The notes beneath the pieces are model-generated. The model saw only the letters and a program-made list of their open reading frames with translations. It made no database searches and was not told the origin of the DNA. Below are positions 38,893-53,800 of a stretch of DNA of 64,000 nucleotides, one piece after another (position 1 is the stretch's first letter; each line of letters starts with the position of its first letter). Location: positions 24,813,237-24,877,236 of the forward strand of contig NC_092672.1 in NCBI RefSeq assembly GCF_964355755.1, in the 5' to 3' direction. A program made the position numbers and the translations under genes. This DNA is from Antedon mediterranea (lineage: Eukaryota > Animalia > Echinodermata).

Positions 38893-39654
38893 TATGAATG
38901 ATGAAGTTAGGGTAAAGAGATATCAACATGACCAGAGGATTGGTACCTGCGGTCTCTTTTTTTATAAATTTGTTAAATTATTAAATCTTACTTAAAACAA
39001 TTTTCTCTCCTTTAATGTACAGGATATCACCATTTTAGTATTTGAATTGTACAAATTTATCAGTCTTATGTAGTAGGTTGCACTGCATTTCTGCATAATG
39101 CATATTTTTCTTGACTTTTTACACTAGAGAATGGTCCTACTTCCCTTCCCCTGTAGTAGAGCACCGTATCAAGAATGTTAAATAACTGACAAGAGAAAAT
39201 AAAAGTAAAATTGCTTGTCTACAAACACTTTATTCACAGTACACATATGGCTGGCTACTAGTTGATTTCATTGACTAAATAGTGATAATAATGTGGTCCC
39301 ATGCCTTCTACTCTCTATCAGCATGTGTATATGTGTCCAACAATAATGTCCAACCACCAATAGTTCTTGATAGTTCAGACACTTAATTATTTAATATTTT
39401 AAATAAACCAAAATAAATTTACACTATCTAGTATTTTTGTAAAAAATTAATAAAATATGCACTTAAATGTTAATTTTCTTTTTACCCAAACCTTGTATTA
39501 TTTTTAGATAAATACAGAATTTCATTTATAGTATTGTGGTACAAAACTATGGAACAATCAAGACCTTCTGTTTATGAATTATTTCTTGTACTGTAGGTTT
39601 TTTTGATTCGTTTTATAAACTACACCTTTTCACCTTCTGTCAATTATTTAAGAA

Positions 39655-41990
39655 TTACTGACATTCAATGATTGAAGTTTCCCCTTCATCTAATGTTCTA
39701 GGAAGCAGTATTGTTATATTTTTTTTTATTGAGAATTGTCCTATAATTTCGCACATAAATTAATTATTCCCTGAGATTTGGAATCAAAATAAATTGTACA
39801 TTGACTTAAGAATGTATTTAATAATTGCCCTGATTTAATGCACAACTATTGTATACTGGCTTTTTCTTTTATCCAAATGTAATATGAAAAACATAAGCAC
39901 TAATTTTGAGGACTTGTGATGAGTTTAAAATCAAATAACAATATTATCAAGTTAAAGTTCAATACAATTTTTTCCATAATGGTCAAATGAATACAAAACA
40001 GAAAATATATTTAGGTTACATAATTTGTTTAAAAAGTAGAATGAAATGATACATGAATAAAGGTACAGTAAAAACCATACAGGAACTTAAAATAAATAAA
40101 TAAAATCAACAGAAATATAGACAATAGTGTATAATTTCATCAGAAAAGTAGTTAGACAGATAATGATTTTTAAAATATTATTTAAAAGTGTTTATAATTA
40201 GAAACAATGGTTAAATCAAGACTATTCCACTTATATTTGGGTTAAAACATCATTTTTTGTTTAAAATAATTGGCAAACTCTGCAATCCTCCAAAAAACAT
40301 AGCAAACCTCATGTAACCAACATAAAAGTGATTGAATCAGTAGTGTACAACTCACTTGGTTTGTGAATTAAAAAATCATTTTTTGTTATTAAAATAAAAT
40401 AAAGTTGTATCATCTGAAAAAAAAGGTTGTCTGGAAGATTTACTAATTATTAATTTGAAATAATGATTTGATCTGTAAGATAACTTTTAAACCAATCTAA
40501 GAAAGGCCCCAAAATACCATAACTTAAAAATATAATGGTTAACATTAACATAAAATGTTTTTGATAAATCTAGAAAAAAATAAACATCATTAATTTTTTT
40601 AACATGAGGTGTATTTTTACTTTCTTTACCAGGATTAATTACAGAATGTATTACTTCTCATTATTTATGTTACTTTTAATCTGATTGAATTTAGTTCCGT
40701 AGCATTTTTTTCTTTTAAATTTGACAGTGCAGTAATAATGTTGCTATACTTTTTATATCTTGAAATATCGGAAAATTTATGAATTTGTTAAAGTTTATGC
40801 TTAATGTTTACTAAATTTATTTAGGTGGGGTGAGTAGAGGGGTGTCATCCATAGTTGTTTTAGTGTTTTGTTTTTTTCTTGAACTGAAAAAAGTATATAA
40901 AAAAATGTATCCAACATTAGTATAGTTTAGACCAATCAGTTTGAGAAAGATAAAAGCAAAATACACCTATACCTCTAATTCAGTATGAATGGTCAGGAAC
41001 GTCAACCTTATTTAAAATTAATCATAATCAATTATTTTTGACATAGGTAAATAATCAGAGATGAATTGTAATACCCGAATAAAAAAAACAAAATTGCTAG
41101 GCCTATGGTTTGTGTAAAAATAATCAATAAGTTCTGCATTAGTTTTTGTAATTCTCTTGATTTAGAAATCGTAAGGAAAAAAGAACAATAGTTGATAAGA
41201 TGATATAAAATAATTATTAGTTAGATTATGCTTATTAAATTTGATTAAAACAATGTTGAATTCTCCCACAATATTACAAAATATTCATGATTTAAATCTT
41301 GAAAACAATTAATTTATAATAACCACACAATTTTCTATGTTATTAGATTTCAGTTGACTTAAATAAAGCCTAATATAGAATTCTTTTTTGTTTATAAAAA
41401 GCAAATCACATAGTTCTTTTGTTAATAATAAATCTGGTTATATTTTGTAATAAAAAAACACAATAATTGTGTTCTGGAATGTTCATGACAATTTTATTAA
41501 ATACATTATGCATATGACAAAAATGGTGATTTGTTTAGAAAGATTTCTGAATCATAAACATTACACATTGTATATTGTACCTACCTACTGTAAGTCATGA
41601 CCGACATATAGTATATGTTTAAAGATTACCATTTTTAATCACTTTCCTTCATTAAATGCCTTTTCTGGATGTCGGCAGCCGGCAGATCATCTATCACATA
41701 AAAGGGTTTTGCCTTCATAGCTTTAGCTTTTCGAATCACAATCATGGATCTCTACGGCCTATAAATGATAATGTGTCTTGGGCATAGATCTTCACCTTAA
41801 TTTTTCCAGTTACAAGGTGCATTTGATATTTTCCCTTGATGATTGTCACCAAATCTTAGGTTGTAGCTTCTAGAATGCCTTTCAACTCGTAGCAATTTAG
41901 CTTCCATGTAGCTATTGTATCCTGTTTATATTTGATGTTTCACACATTCATGTCAAACTATCCGTTGTAGCTTTAAATTTATCCTTAGTT
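39655..41990 (-). mobile_element. Old decayed LINE, block B copy 2, including ORF1 remnant
   Basis: Minus strand MEAKLLRVERHSRSYNLRFG (~41848-41907) and PRHIII...VIRKAKAMKAKPFYVIDDLPAADIQKR (~41657-41781), typical of LINE ORF1; RT remnant at ~40420-40580. Confidence 0.8.
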
Positions 41991-43404
41991 TTACTTTGAA
42001 GTAAATAGGTGAACAAAGCTATAGAGAGAAAATGTTCATACTTCAATCGTCAATTATGACGTCATAAACATGGTACCAATCGAAAAAAGTGCGATTTATA
42101 ATGTACTACTCCTCCCTTATTTGTTGTAGTACTTCTGCTCCCGGAAATAGCAAAAAATTGCTGTATTTGGTAGCAAGGTTATTGATGTGTATGTGACGTT
42201 ACATCCCGTCTTCTGACGTCATTACAGCTTCTTTTGCTGTACCCCGAGTATCGCACATTCGTGCTTGTTTATTCATAGCATGTTCAGTAGGCTTAGTTTT
42301 TTTACCTATACTATGAATTTGTGTTTTTCTTGTATTCATAGTTCCAGATAAAGCACTAATAATGTGTTATGAATACTCAGGCTTATATTCTTAGTAAAAT
42401 GTAATGACTTTAGAATGATCAACTGTTGGGAAATAAATAGTATGCAGAGCAAGTATGTCTTCACTCAGAGATGTCCATAGCACTTTAATTTTACTGTAAA
42501 TAAGAATTTGAGTTCTCTACACTAAAGGTTATTCACATGACAGTATGTAATAGTGATATGTAAAAGGAATTTAAATAATAAATCATAATCATCAGAAAGA
42601 GAAAAATGTATTTAATTAATACAAATTGTTCAATACAATTTAAAATATTTAATATTAATCATTTCAAATAGATAATCATTTCAATTTGTTGCATTCAAAA
42701 TACAGTAGGAATAAGGTTTGTTAATTTTATAATTGTATTACTCGATGGGTAGACATCCCTAAAATTTAATTTTTTTAACTCCATCTTTGGTATTCTTTGA
42801 AAATTACCTTTTTTTCAATGAGCTTGCCTGAATCTTCGACTGTCTGATGTTTTCAATTCTCCTTTTCCTTCTTTTTATTTGGATATATATTGTATTTTGT
42901 ATCATCTTCTTCCCAACTTTTTTATTATTTTTTTCTGGGAGCCTAGGCGTAAAGTTTTTAAACTTATATAGGTTTCCTTCCACACTATGTTTTTTGTTGG
43001 TTATTATTACAAGTGTTTATATAATTATTATTTTATGTATTTTTAATATATGTGTGGAGAACATTTATTGAATATTTATTTATTGAATATTGAACAAATC
43101 AAATCAAATAAAAAAAATCATAATATAATAATGTTGTGTATGTATGCTAAAAATGACTTAGTAAACATGTTGTATATGAATACCATTGGGCTACTGGATT
43201 AAATTTTGGTTTATATCTAGTAGGAATACAATTAATTTGCATTACTAGAGTAAGCTAAGCTAGTGGCATGTTTTGAAATTAAAATGACCATTTTGATTAA
43301 CTGAGATTATATAAATGAAAGTTAAACTATTGTTTAATAGTGAGTATACGTGTACTCTTTAAATGTTATGATTTTCTAAAAACCAAATGATGGTTACCTC
43401 ACTA

Positions 43405-43972
43405 ATACCCCTTTCACACCAAAAGCAAAACTCCGGAGACACCCCGGAGTTGACGTCCCGCTGTTTGGTGTGAAAGGTAAAATCAAGCAACTCCGGAGTT
43501 TAAAACTGCGGGGTTGAACAGCTGAACATTCTCCGGAGAGCGAACTCCGGGGACACCCCGGAGTTTTGGTGTGAAAGGTACCAACATCAAACTCCGGAGT
43601 GTTTCGGGTCAAAAGGTCATCCTCACACGATCACTCATTGCTTTAGTTTTATTTCAAAATACTTTAAATATTTGTAAAAAATATATAGCGGGTCTAGAAA
43701 ATAATAAGTAGTATCAATAAAATATTATATTACTTCTGAGACTTTTGAAAGTAATTATTAAATTAAACATATTATTAATTAAAATGATTCTAATGATCGT
43801 CGCTATGTAAACAAACAAAATAGAGGGCGACATTTACAATTTTATTTTATAAACCCCGGAGTTGCTAGGTTGGTGTGAAAGGGGTATCTCCGGAGTTTCT
43901 CGACGTTTTGAATGGTCATAAACCCCGGGGTGTCTCCGGAGACACTCCGGAGTTTTGGTGTGAAAGGGGTAT
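43405..43972. mobile_element. MITE (Harbinger/ISL2EU-like), TA-flanked
   Basis: TIR ATACCCCTTTCACACCAAAA; many internal CTCCGGAG/CCCCGGAG motifs and internal TGGTGTGAAAGG copies. Confidence 0.85.
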
Positions 43973-45793
43973 TATAGAGTTAGCCTAGGCTTCTAGGATT
44001 ATAATAGGCCTACCTAGCAGACAATATTTTTGTGAATAGAATAATTAAATAAAATACTTTTTGTCTTTTTCTATTTGGACATTTGAATCAATCAAATTGA
44101 AAAAATACATTTATAGTTGTGACTACATTAGGTGTTCTGTAAATCATTTTTTTTTTCTGTTACTTAGACATTTTTTCATTCTTACTTCTTAAAGTATGTC
44201 ACTGTAGTAAAGAATTGTCATGCAACATGGAAATATTGCTGTTTTAGGACATAGCATCATAACTCAGGTTTTCATAGCCATACAAGACTCTCCTAATTTT
44301 AACCATGATTTGTATGGTTTCAGGCTTTTACAGTTTTTAATATTGTGTTGGTGTTATGTGTGTCAGTTATTTCAAACCTAAACTTTTAACTGTTTAGGAT
44401 TTTAATAAACTTCAACAGTGTATTTTCGTTTTTGAACATGTCGTCAAAAAACTCCCTTCTTATTTTTCTTAAACCAAATTTCTTAAATTTTCTTAACAAA
44501 CTCCGTAATCCACTTTTAATACTAGGGCCTCACACGCCCTTCATCTTCCTTTAACTAAACTTTCTTTAATTCAACACAATGTCTAATAAGTGCCTCTAAA
44601 TTATTGAATGCACTTCCTAATGATGTCACATGTACCCCGATCTCAAGCAATTGTTTTCTGTATTTTCATCAAATTACTAGTATATTTTAAATGATTATTG
44701 TCAGCCGTTTTTCATCTCCTCTGTCCCATATGGCTACTAAATTCCAATAATTACCATTTATATCGTTTAGTGTCTTTATGCTTCCTGTTTATTTGTTTGG
44801 TTTTTTTTGTATGTGTTTTGTTCTGTCTTTTTGTTTTATTGTACATGGCTTGCCCGCCACAAGTAACTTCTAGTTTAGCCTCTTCTTTTTAGCATTTAAA
44901 AAAAATTGTATATGTTTATTTTTTGAAGCAAAAGTATATTTATTATTATTTTAATTCTTTATTTTTGTCAAATGTTAACGTTCTATTTTAAAGAATAATA
45001 AATCTTACTTGAAGAAATGAAATGAATTTATAAATTATGGAACTATTAAGAAAGAAAACAAATCAAATAGTTTATTCATATCGATATTGCAAAATTATTT
45101 TACAACTCTTTATAGAGTATTTATTGAAAAACTCATTTTATGTGTTATTATTACTACTTCTTTAAATTGTATTAATCTATTAATCAATTTTTCCTGTTGT
45201 AATCTTTTGTAATCATTTTTAGATTTTATTTTGCATATGTTTTATGCACACATTATGTTTGTGAACAAGCTCCATTACAAAAATGATTTTATTATTATTA
45301 TTATATTATAACTTATAATATCAAGGTTCTTTTATTTTTGAATGAATCCCAAAAGTTTGAGATCTGTTATTTGATTACCTCTCCCCCCCCCCCACCCCCA
45401 ACTAAACAAGTTTTAGATTACATCGTTCCTCTTGAGTTTATTTTGTAGTATAAATGAAGCATGGCCTCCTGAGCTCCATTTGATTTTTTCAAAGTTAAAA
45501 TAATATATATACTAAAAGGAAAATAATATGTGTTACTAAAGTCACGTATCCATGGTGATTGTGATGACAGGCCCCAACTCTATACTATACATGATATTAC
45601 GATACTATCTGAATTAAATATTCAGCCAGTGTGCAAAAACTTCTGGATACTATTTAAGTTGATTATCAATGACTTAAACAATTTAGCATTCCTATAATGC
45701 TAACACCTTTTTAATGTTTATATTATATAATGCTTTTTTTTATATACACATTATTATACATGGATAAAACATGCAATTGATTTAACATGTTAA

Positions 45794-46851
45794 CACTTTG
45801 ACTGCCAGAGGTTTTTCCAGTTAGAAACTGCCACCGCCAGCGTTTTTAGCCCAATTCGATGTTTTTATTAAAGCTGATTGAAACCATGTATGTGATCTGA
45901 TTATATATAATTTAGACTAAAATAATCATAAAGATTTTAGCTTTACAATGGTACCAAGAACAATTTTTAAATCGCAATATGTAAATCGTAATAGTAAAAT
46001 GAAAGTAACCCACTTTTTGAATTTTTCGTAGTTTCGCGCAAGAAAGTCGAGATATTCGCGATTTTGTGCAAGACATCACAATATTAAAATATCGCCCGGT
46101 GAGATCAACAAAAAAAGTTACTTACACGGCACCGATAGGCCTATAAAAACAAGTTATCACTATCGAAAAATGTATTACATTTTATAAAACATAAATCTTA
46201 CATCAATGTTTCGCCAAAATCCACATAGTAAAGACACCAGGCCTAGTTAACCAGGCCTAAAGTTGGTCCGGAACCGTTTTACGACTAGGGCTACTGTAGG
46301 CTAGCCTAGTACTACTAGCCTAGGCCTAGCTAGGAGATAGTAAACTGATGATAATAACCATACCATTTCAAAACAAGTTTGTTGCGTGAAACTCGGCCAC
46401 TTTCAGTAAAACACCAAAACAATTAGGGTATACAGTACATACAATAATAAAATTAAAGACTTCATATTGAAAATGACTCCATTATTTTTTATTCAGATAA
46501 CAAACAAACATGTCAATCCACAAAAACCTTTGTAATGCTTTCGGCGGCATAGCTAGCGCGCGACCGATACACAATGCGCCAAGCCATCGCTCTACGCGCT
46601 ACTGTGATGCGCGGTGTTTGTTATTTCGACAGGTACCATTTTGACAGTCGTTCGTAACCAGATTAGTTACTTTCAAATTGTAAAATGTTGACGGTCCGGA
46701 CCGAATATAGTGTTCATATTTATGGTATATACCAATAATTAACCTATCTACCGGATTTCGTAAAAAAACGCGAAAAACGAAGATCTTCGTTTTTGGCAGT
46801 CAAGCGTTGTTTTTCCAAAAACGAAGATCTTCGTGTTTGGCAGTCAAAGTG
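45794..46851. mobile_element. piggyBac-like non-autonomous element
   Basis: TTAA|CACTTTGACTGCCA ... TGGCAGTCAAAGTG|TTAA; duplicated subterminal palindrome ACGAAGATCTTCGT at the right end. Confidence 0.9.
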
Positions 46852-49769
46852 TTAAAGTGATTATTCTAATTACAATTTTTGTTGTAGTGTGTAGTATTGA
46901 TAAAATTGTTAGATTTTTGATAGGCATGTTATTATGCATAGAAATCTTTTGAATTGCAATAAATAAACACATGACCTTTTTGTACGACAATTAAAAAAAG
47001 CATTATAGTGAACAAAAACTATGATGCCAAGTTGGTGCTCTTGGCAGAAATTTCTTTAAGGATTGTTGTATTTTCTTGAGAAATCAGTAGATCAGAAATA
47101 TTTAAAAAACAATAATTAAAATGAAGTTGCAACAATTTGAATATCATTTATTAGTAGGAATGTACAAAAGCCCTAAACTCATACTTACAGTGAGAGCTCA
47201 CACATTTCATTTTACATACACATGCACTTGAAAATGAAAGTTACACAATGATGACGCATTATCTTCAAAACAAATGTAAATGTACTTTACATTAATTGTT
47301 TCTCCACTTAACTGTTTTCATAGTCACATATTATCATTTATATGGGACTGTTTTGTACTACAATTCTTTATGCTGTTATCAAAATGACTTTATACTATAC
47401 TGCAATATTTACATTGATCTTCTGTTCTGGTAAAGTAGACCCTATCATAGAGGCTTACACTATGTATATCAAGGTCTACTCGCCCTAATTTGGCCAACAT
47501 TTTCGGCCAACATTTTTGGTCAACATTTTCGGCCGCTATAAATGTATTGGCCACGAAACATTAATTACATTACTCAAAATTTGCGCCACCTTAATTCTGT
47601 AGTATTTGTCCATAGTATTTCAAGAACGAATTCTGCCCATTATAATATTTTTAATTCATTTCCACGTCTGTTCATAACTTGCCTCCAAATGTTAAAGTTA
47701 GTCTAGTTAGTTTTAGATAGTTTTCCCTTTCTTCATTTATATATTCACTTAAGAAAAACTTGCCTCAAATACCTATCTGAACTCAATGAAATGTGAAATG
47801 TTATTTTAAACTGTTTTTCTGTATTTACGTTTATTTAATTTTTACACTTTAGGGGTGTCATACTTTATTTCATCGTTCACACCAACAGTTGATTGAATGT
47901 AATGTTTAAATATTATCTACTCAACAAAAATATGTTCCATTTGTATAATGTATAGTAATAAATTAATAAACCTTACATTATTCTTTCTTTGCGCATCTAA
48001 ATACCTTATAAAGTATGAATACACATGTGGTTGATAACCACAATAAAATAAAATATAGATAAATTGGCCAGACATGACATACATGTTCTTTTAATTCTAA
48101 TTGGTACACATACTGGCCCACATCTTTCTGTTTCACTACATCATACTGGTCCTGCCAGTTGAATCTATTTCTACAGAGCAATCTCACTATTTAAACAAAT
48201 TCCGAAACTTATTTAAAAGGTGAGATTCTATGGTGTTTTCTGTCTGCAAATAACTTTCTGAATTCCAATAATTCAGACAACAATGAATAAAAATAAACAA
48301 GAAATAATTTTTACTGTAAAAAAAGACTTTCTGAGATAACAGTTTTAATTATTGTTCTTTCTTCATAAAATGATAATTTCTAAATTGATATTCTATTTAA
48401 TAATTTAAGAAATAAAGATTTTTTATCAATTATTTTTGTTTAAAAATCAGTAGTAAACATTTTGTGTAACATATAAATGTAGTTTGAATTACTATAGACT
48501 ATAGTACTATGCATATTCTGAGTGGCATTACTCACTAAGGTTGGAGTGACCCACTCATACCCACAAACATTTCAGTGAACAAAAAATGTATAATTTTCCA
48601 TGAGCCTTCGTTGTACAGCAGCAGCCGACAAACATACACACTAATCAAACAATTGTCATCTATATACACCCCATTCGGCAAAAATATTTACCATAGAGAA
48701 AGGATTGTTTTGACCATTATTCAATGATATATATGATGGTAATTATACTTGGCCTCTATGTTGACAGCCAAAACACAGTTATTGTTTATTGAACATAGGT
48801 CTTACAAACTAATGTCTGCATACTGTACATATCTCAAAGACCCTATGTGCACATGCCCAGTTTGAGTTTACAAATTCCCATTTAGACTTTCTTACCAGAC
48901 GTGCTTTGGGGTGTGCTCATGCCCAGTTTGTGTTTCTAAATACCCATTTTTCAGCCTTAGTAATCTATTATAAGCTTCTGCATGGCTAATGCTTCCGTTC
49001 TCTTGAATGTAACTGCCTAAAGGACTGGTGCGAAAATTATTGTTTACTTTTGAAAATTAACTTTTTTTATTTATTTTATTTACTGAAGTATAAAAAATGT
49101 TGATGGGATAAGCAATGATTATGGAACATACAGCACTTTATTTGTTTATTGGTATACTCCTGGTGAGCATGGTCTACTATGAAAGTTTTAGCCTCAGTGA
49201 ATATTATTCACATCCTATACACAATATATTGAACTTTTTGTCTTCAATGTTCATCAAAATAATATATTAATATCAGATTATTTATTTTTGTTTTAAATTA
49301 GTTATATAGGATTTATATAATTTTTTATTAGATAATTGTTAGTTGCATTAAATTTGTTTGAAATGTCAGTATGTATACATATGAATAAATAATGTTTATT
49401 ATTTCTTTTATAATTACTGTATAATGTCTTATTTCCAGTGATTGTTTTTGTTATATCCTTGAAATAAAAAGAATATAACATTTTTTTGGTGTATCAATAA
49501 ATATAAAACACAAATAATAAAGATGTTATAAAATCTATTAAAATGTATAAATTTTAATATTTTTTACATTGATATGATTTGTTTGGCATCAGCCAAACCT
49601 TCACCCACTTTAAAGACAGGCTTGAGCTATCCAGGGAGGTATGAAAATGGTCATGGTATTTCTAAAAACTGTCCATTTCATCTAACAAATTTAAAAAATG
49701 AAAACATGTTTATACATATATCTGTTATGTGGTTCAAAAAGATGTCTAAAATTAACTTGTTTATCTATT

Positions 49770-49870
49770 TTAGTCGTGTGCAACATGACTCTACAGCTCA
49801 CTATGTTGGTCTTTCGGTGAACACTAACTCAAATTTGCGCACACGACTGCAGCCATGTATATGGCCTTGT
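49770..49870 (+). mobile_element. Diverged HINE/Helentron mini-element
   Basis: TTTTAGTCGTGTG ... CACACGACT, stem-loop GCCATGTATATGGC, then CTTGTTTT. Confidence 0.7.
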
Positions 49871-50561
49871 TTTTTTATCAGATTAAACTCAACATTAATA
49901 TTGTTACAATCAATATTTAGACTAATGTGTGTATGTCAAACCTCTCAAGACAGACAATGTTTTGTTGGTACACTAACAAATCTTTCTTTAGAATAGTGCA
50001 GGCCATTATCTCTGATAATATAAAATAATAGATTTGCATTACATACAAAATAATATTCCATGTGCAAGGCTTCCAATTGAAATGAAAGTACCAAAGCAAT
50101 CGATAAAATAGGATATGCTACACTCACAATAACTTGTACTAGCTAATGCCACCATCACACCATAGAGCAATGAACTATTTCTTTGCTCTATGATCGCACA
50201 AAGGATAATTTAAATATATTAAAGTTTTAAACATGCCCCTGAAAGTAAAAGTTTGTACACCAAACCAATCCAGTAATATTTAAACAATATTCAATTAAAA
50301 AAAAGTTAAATAATTTAAATACCAGGCAACAACATTTTTATGTAAAAACTGGAATAATAATAAAAATGTATACAAAAGTAGAAATAAAATTTAAAAAAGC
50401 TAATTTGATAGTATTTGTGTGCATTGCGTATATGATCAAACAGCAAATACAAGTTACAAATTGAATTTGAAAATTGACACTTAATGGATGTATGATTATA
50501 TAAAATATTAATTAACCAATAAATATGTAAAAGATGTAACTTGTATGATTTTATATTTTAG

Positions 50562-50660
50562 GTTGGACGCTCAGCTTTGCATTTGGCAGCTCTGGCAGGT
50601 CACTCAGCCTGCTGTAACCTGCTAGTTGATGCAGGGTCAGACATCAATATCCAAGACAGA
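50562..50660 (+). CDS. Ankyrin-repeat exon (one 33-aa repeat), internal coding exon
   Basis: T-rich tract, then tttAG|GTTGGACGC...GACAGA|GTaagt; 99 nt, phase 0/0; VGRSALHLAALAGHSACCNLLVDAGSDINIQDR. Confidence 0.95.
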
Positions 50661-51456
50661 GTAAGTTATACATTCTTTCATAGTCATATTTTTTGATATT
50701 TTGTATTTTAAATATAATGATTTTTTGAGTAATAATATCTGCATGCTATTTAATGTTTTTATTTAACTGTATTGATGCTAGAATTGGTATTATTTGAAGT
50801 TTTTCAATATATTTTTTTTCTGATATTTAGTCATAAAAATTGCTATGACACTATACATTTTGTCATGTTTAAACATTTCCATTGAACTCTTTATAAAACA
50901 ATGAAAACTACAGCAACATACTATTGAAATATAATCCTTAATTAAGTCGGAATTATGTACACTTCTATTACATAAAATTTCAATTTTTTTAAGTTCATTT
51001 TCACAAAACTGTTTAATAACTTTTGAAACACTATGATTCTACCTATATGTCACATAGAGGTACAAATGATCAAAGATGCTAGTTGATAGACATATAGACT
51101 GTATTCATTTATTTTATAATTATTATCATACTCATTTGCCATACTCTCCGCCATACTCTCCTTTATTCCTTTCAACAACATCACCTCCAACTCCACCACC
51201 ACCAATCCCAAGAATGATGATGCAGAATTTGGCTGAGAGCTAAAGTGATCTTTTAATACACACCACAATTATAGTTCTTTGTTATTAGGTTGTAATTATT
51301 TTTTCCATACAATATAAGATACAGATAGTATATCTGCCACATTTATTCTTTCTTTATACTCAGGATTAACAAACATAAATAAAACTGAAATAGCGGCACA
51401 AATATAATTTTGTAAGTTATTTACCGTACCTAGTTTTTAACAAATCACCTTACTAA

Positions 51457-52530
51457 GGCCCTGTTCAGACCCATGGCGTTAGACCGTTTTAGCGTACGAC
51501 GCTAAAAGAATGTGTGTCTGAACAGTTGGGGATTAGCGTACAACGCGTCGTACAACGGTTGTAGCGTTGTAGTGGAAAACGGTTGATAGTACCGTTTTAG
51601 CGTACGACGCTACTGTAAGTCAACGTTGTATCCAATCAGAACGTTTCCTGTTATGACGCGAAACAAGGTTTGACCTAGGCTGACATCTTGTATCGTCAAT
51701 GTGTGAGATGGATTTCAATAACAAAAAGGCCAGAATAAATAAGGCCTAACTACACTACAAATACAACTGTTACAAAGGCTACAAACTATTATCAACTGAT
51801 TACCATTATATTTTCTAACAAATGACATAAATACATGCACCTTGTATTTAAACATAGGGACTACGATCCCATCCGCTTTTAGGCCTAGTAGGCCTAGAGC
51901 CATTCACGCATTTCATTCAAGCTAAAAACTAGCGTGGGACATCAAGTCACTCATTCATACAAGGCAGACTAGACTGGACAAGTTTAATGCTGAAAACCCC
52001 CTAACTCCTAAAAAAATCGGTAAACAAACAAGGGGAGCTGTGTCCCTTTTATTAGCAAGTTAAGGGTTATTTTCAACCGAATGGACCAAAGAATATATAT
52101 CTTTGACTGGACTGGATAGACTAATCGCAATCATTTTTTTCTTCATCATTACGAGGCCTGCTTTATTTTCGTAACACAAGAGCCTGGGGAAAATGTTTTT
52201 TACTACAAAATAAAAACAATAGAAACAGAAATTTGGCTTTACTATATTTTTCTTAAATAAATGCTGAGGTATGTTTTATTTACGGCAAATTTTGTCATAA
52301 TTGTAGGGCTGAGATCTAGGCCTATATACAGTGGAAATAATGATGAAAACACGTGGGTAAGAGCACATGAATATGCAACTAGAAACAACCTGGATGACGT
52401 ACTTCCGTTGTAACGATAATCGTACGCTATGGGTCTGAACACCTCGTTTTTTTCTCTGCGGTTTGTAACGTGACCTTGATAGTAACGTTGTACGCTAAAA
52501 CGGTCTAACGCCATGGGTCTGAACAGGGCC
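51457..52530. mobile_element. PIF/Harbinger-like non-autonomous element
   Basis: Perfect 41-bp TIR GGCCCTGTTCAGACCCATGGCGTTAGACCGTTTTAGCGTAC; TSD ambiguous. Confidence 0.85.
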
Positions 52531-52929
52531 ATAATAATTACAGTATCAAACCACCATTACAATGTCATACAAAATGTAAAAATAAACAAATCATCATTAG
52601 CATAACTAGGTGATGATTGATCCATAGCAATATTTTTAGTCTATTTAAAAAAATGTTTATTTCTTAAAATTTATTTAGATATACATACACACATAGTAAA
52701 TTATAGTAAACAAAAAATAAATGGAAATTGTTTAACACTAAACAACCTACATTAGAGGTGAAATACCACTAAGAAACACAAGGAAGCTGAACTTAGACTT
52801 ACACAACTACACAACTGTAACAAGTTCAGAGTGTATCCAACATTACATTATGACATATTTTAGACCACTGACAATGGTGATCACCAGTGCTTCGCAAAGT
52901 CTGCAGTTGCACTTTTATCATGTTTTATT

Positions 52930-53800
52930 ATACAGATATTGACTGTTTAGAGGTTAAATATAAGATTTGACATCCCCGAGGGAATGATATTAAGTTCTCG
53001 GGGAATATATATTTCCCTCAGCTGGCGCTTCGGGAAATATATATTCCCTCGAACTTAATATCATTCCCTCGGGGATATCAAATCTTATAATTAACCGATA
53101 TAAAAGGCAATATCTGTTATATTATATAGCCAAGAACATAAGTCTGGGTTGGGTGAAGCTAGGCTAGGCCTCCTATAGTATTTGTATTGTATTTAAACAA
53201 GCCTGCCTAGACACCTTACCTTGCGAAGAATAATATACAGATAGTTACTAATTAATGATTCCTTGGCAATAAAATATTCACTTAGGCCTAGGTCGTTTAA
53301 ATTAACAGGAGAATTTCCATCAATAAGCCTATTAAAGTATTAATAATAATATTATAATCAGGTAGGCCGAATAAACAATTCGTCTTCTTCTCTTCGAGGA
53401 GCCGAATCACCGGATGTTCAGCGCGTACTAGTTACTAGGTTACTACCGTGAGTATTGACCAATCACAAACTGTGATTCATCACATTTAGGGTGGACTAAT
53501 AACAAATGAGGGCGCTATGTATGCATAGCTTAAATAGTTTAGAAGATTAATTTCCTCAAGCAAGTTCCGTGGCGCAGCGGTTGAAGCGTTGTCTTGCGAT
53601 GGAGTGACAATTCCACCCGAGTTCAAGATCGAGTAGATGACTTTTGTTTATTTATCGGCAAACGCGAGTGTTACCACACGAAAATTACACAGTCAATATC
53701 ATCGTTCTCGAGGATATATACGATTTACGATCCTCGCAGCGGTAGTCATGTGATGCAGTTTCAACCAATCACGTTCGCGTATTTACATAGGCTATGTAAT
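52930..53800. mobile_element. Unclassified repeat with a ~190-bp terminal palindrome and a tRNA-like segment (possibly Crypton-like)
   Basis: Long hairpin at 52930-53120; GTGGCGCAGCGGTT...GAGTTCAAG at 53568-53627; CCAATCA motif near the right end. Confidence 0.45.

Noticed and set aside
44250-44950. Possible further LINE 3' remnant (HFNTR-like motif)
   Set aside because: Too decayed to bound or classify by eye; similar weak cases at ~13050-13400 and ~42700-43110
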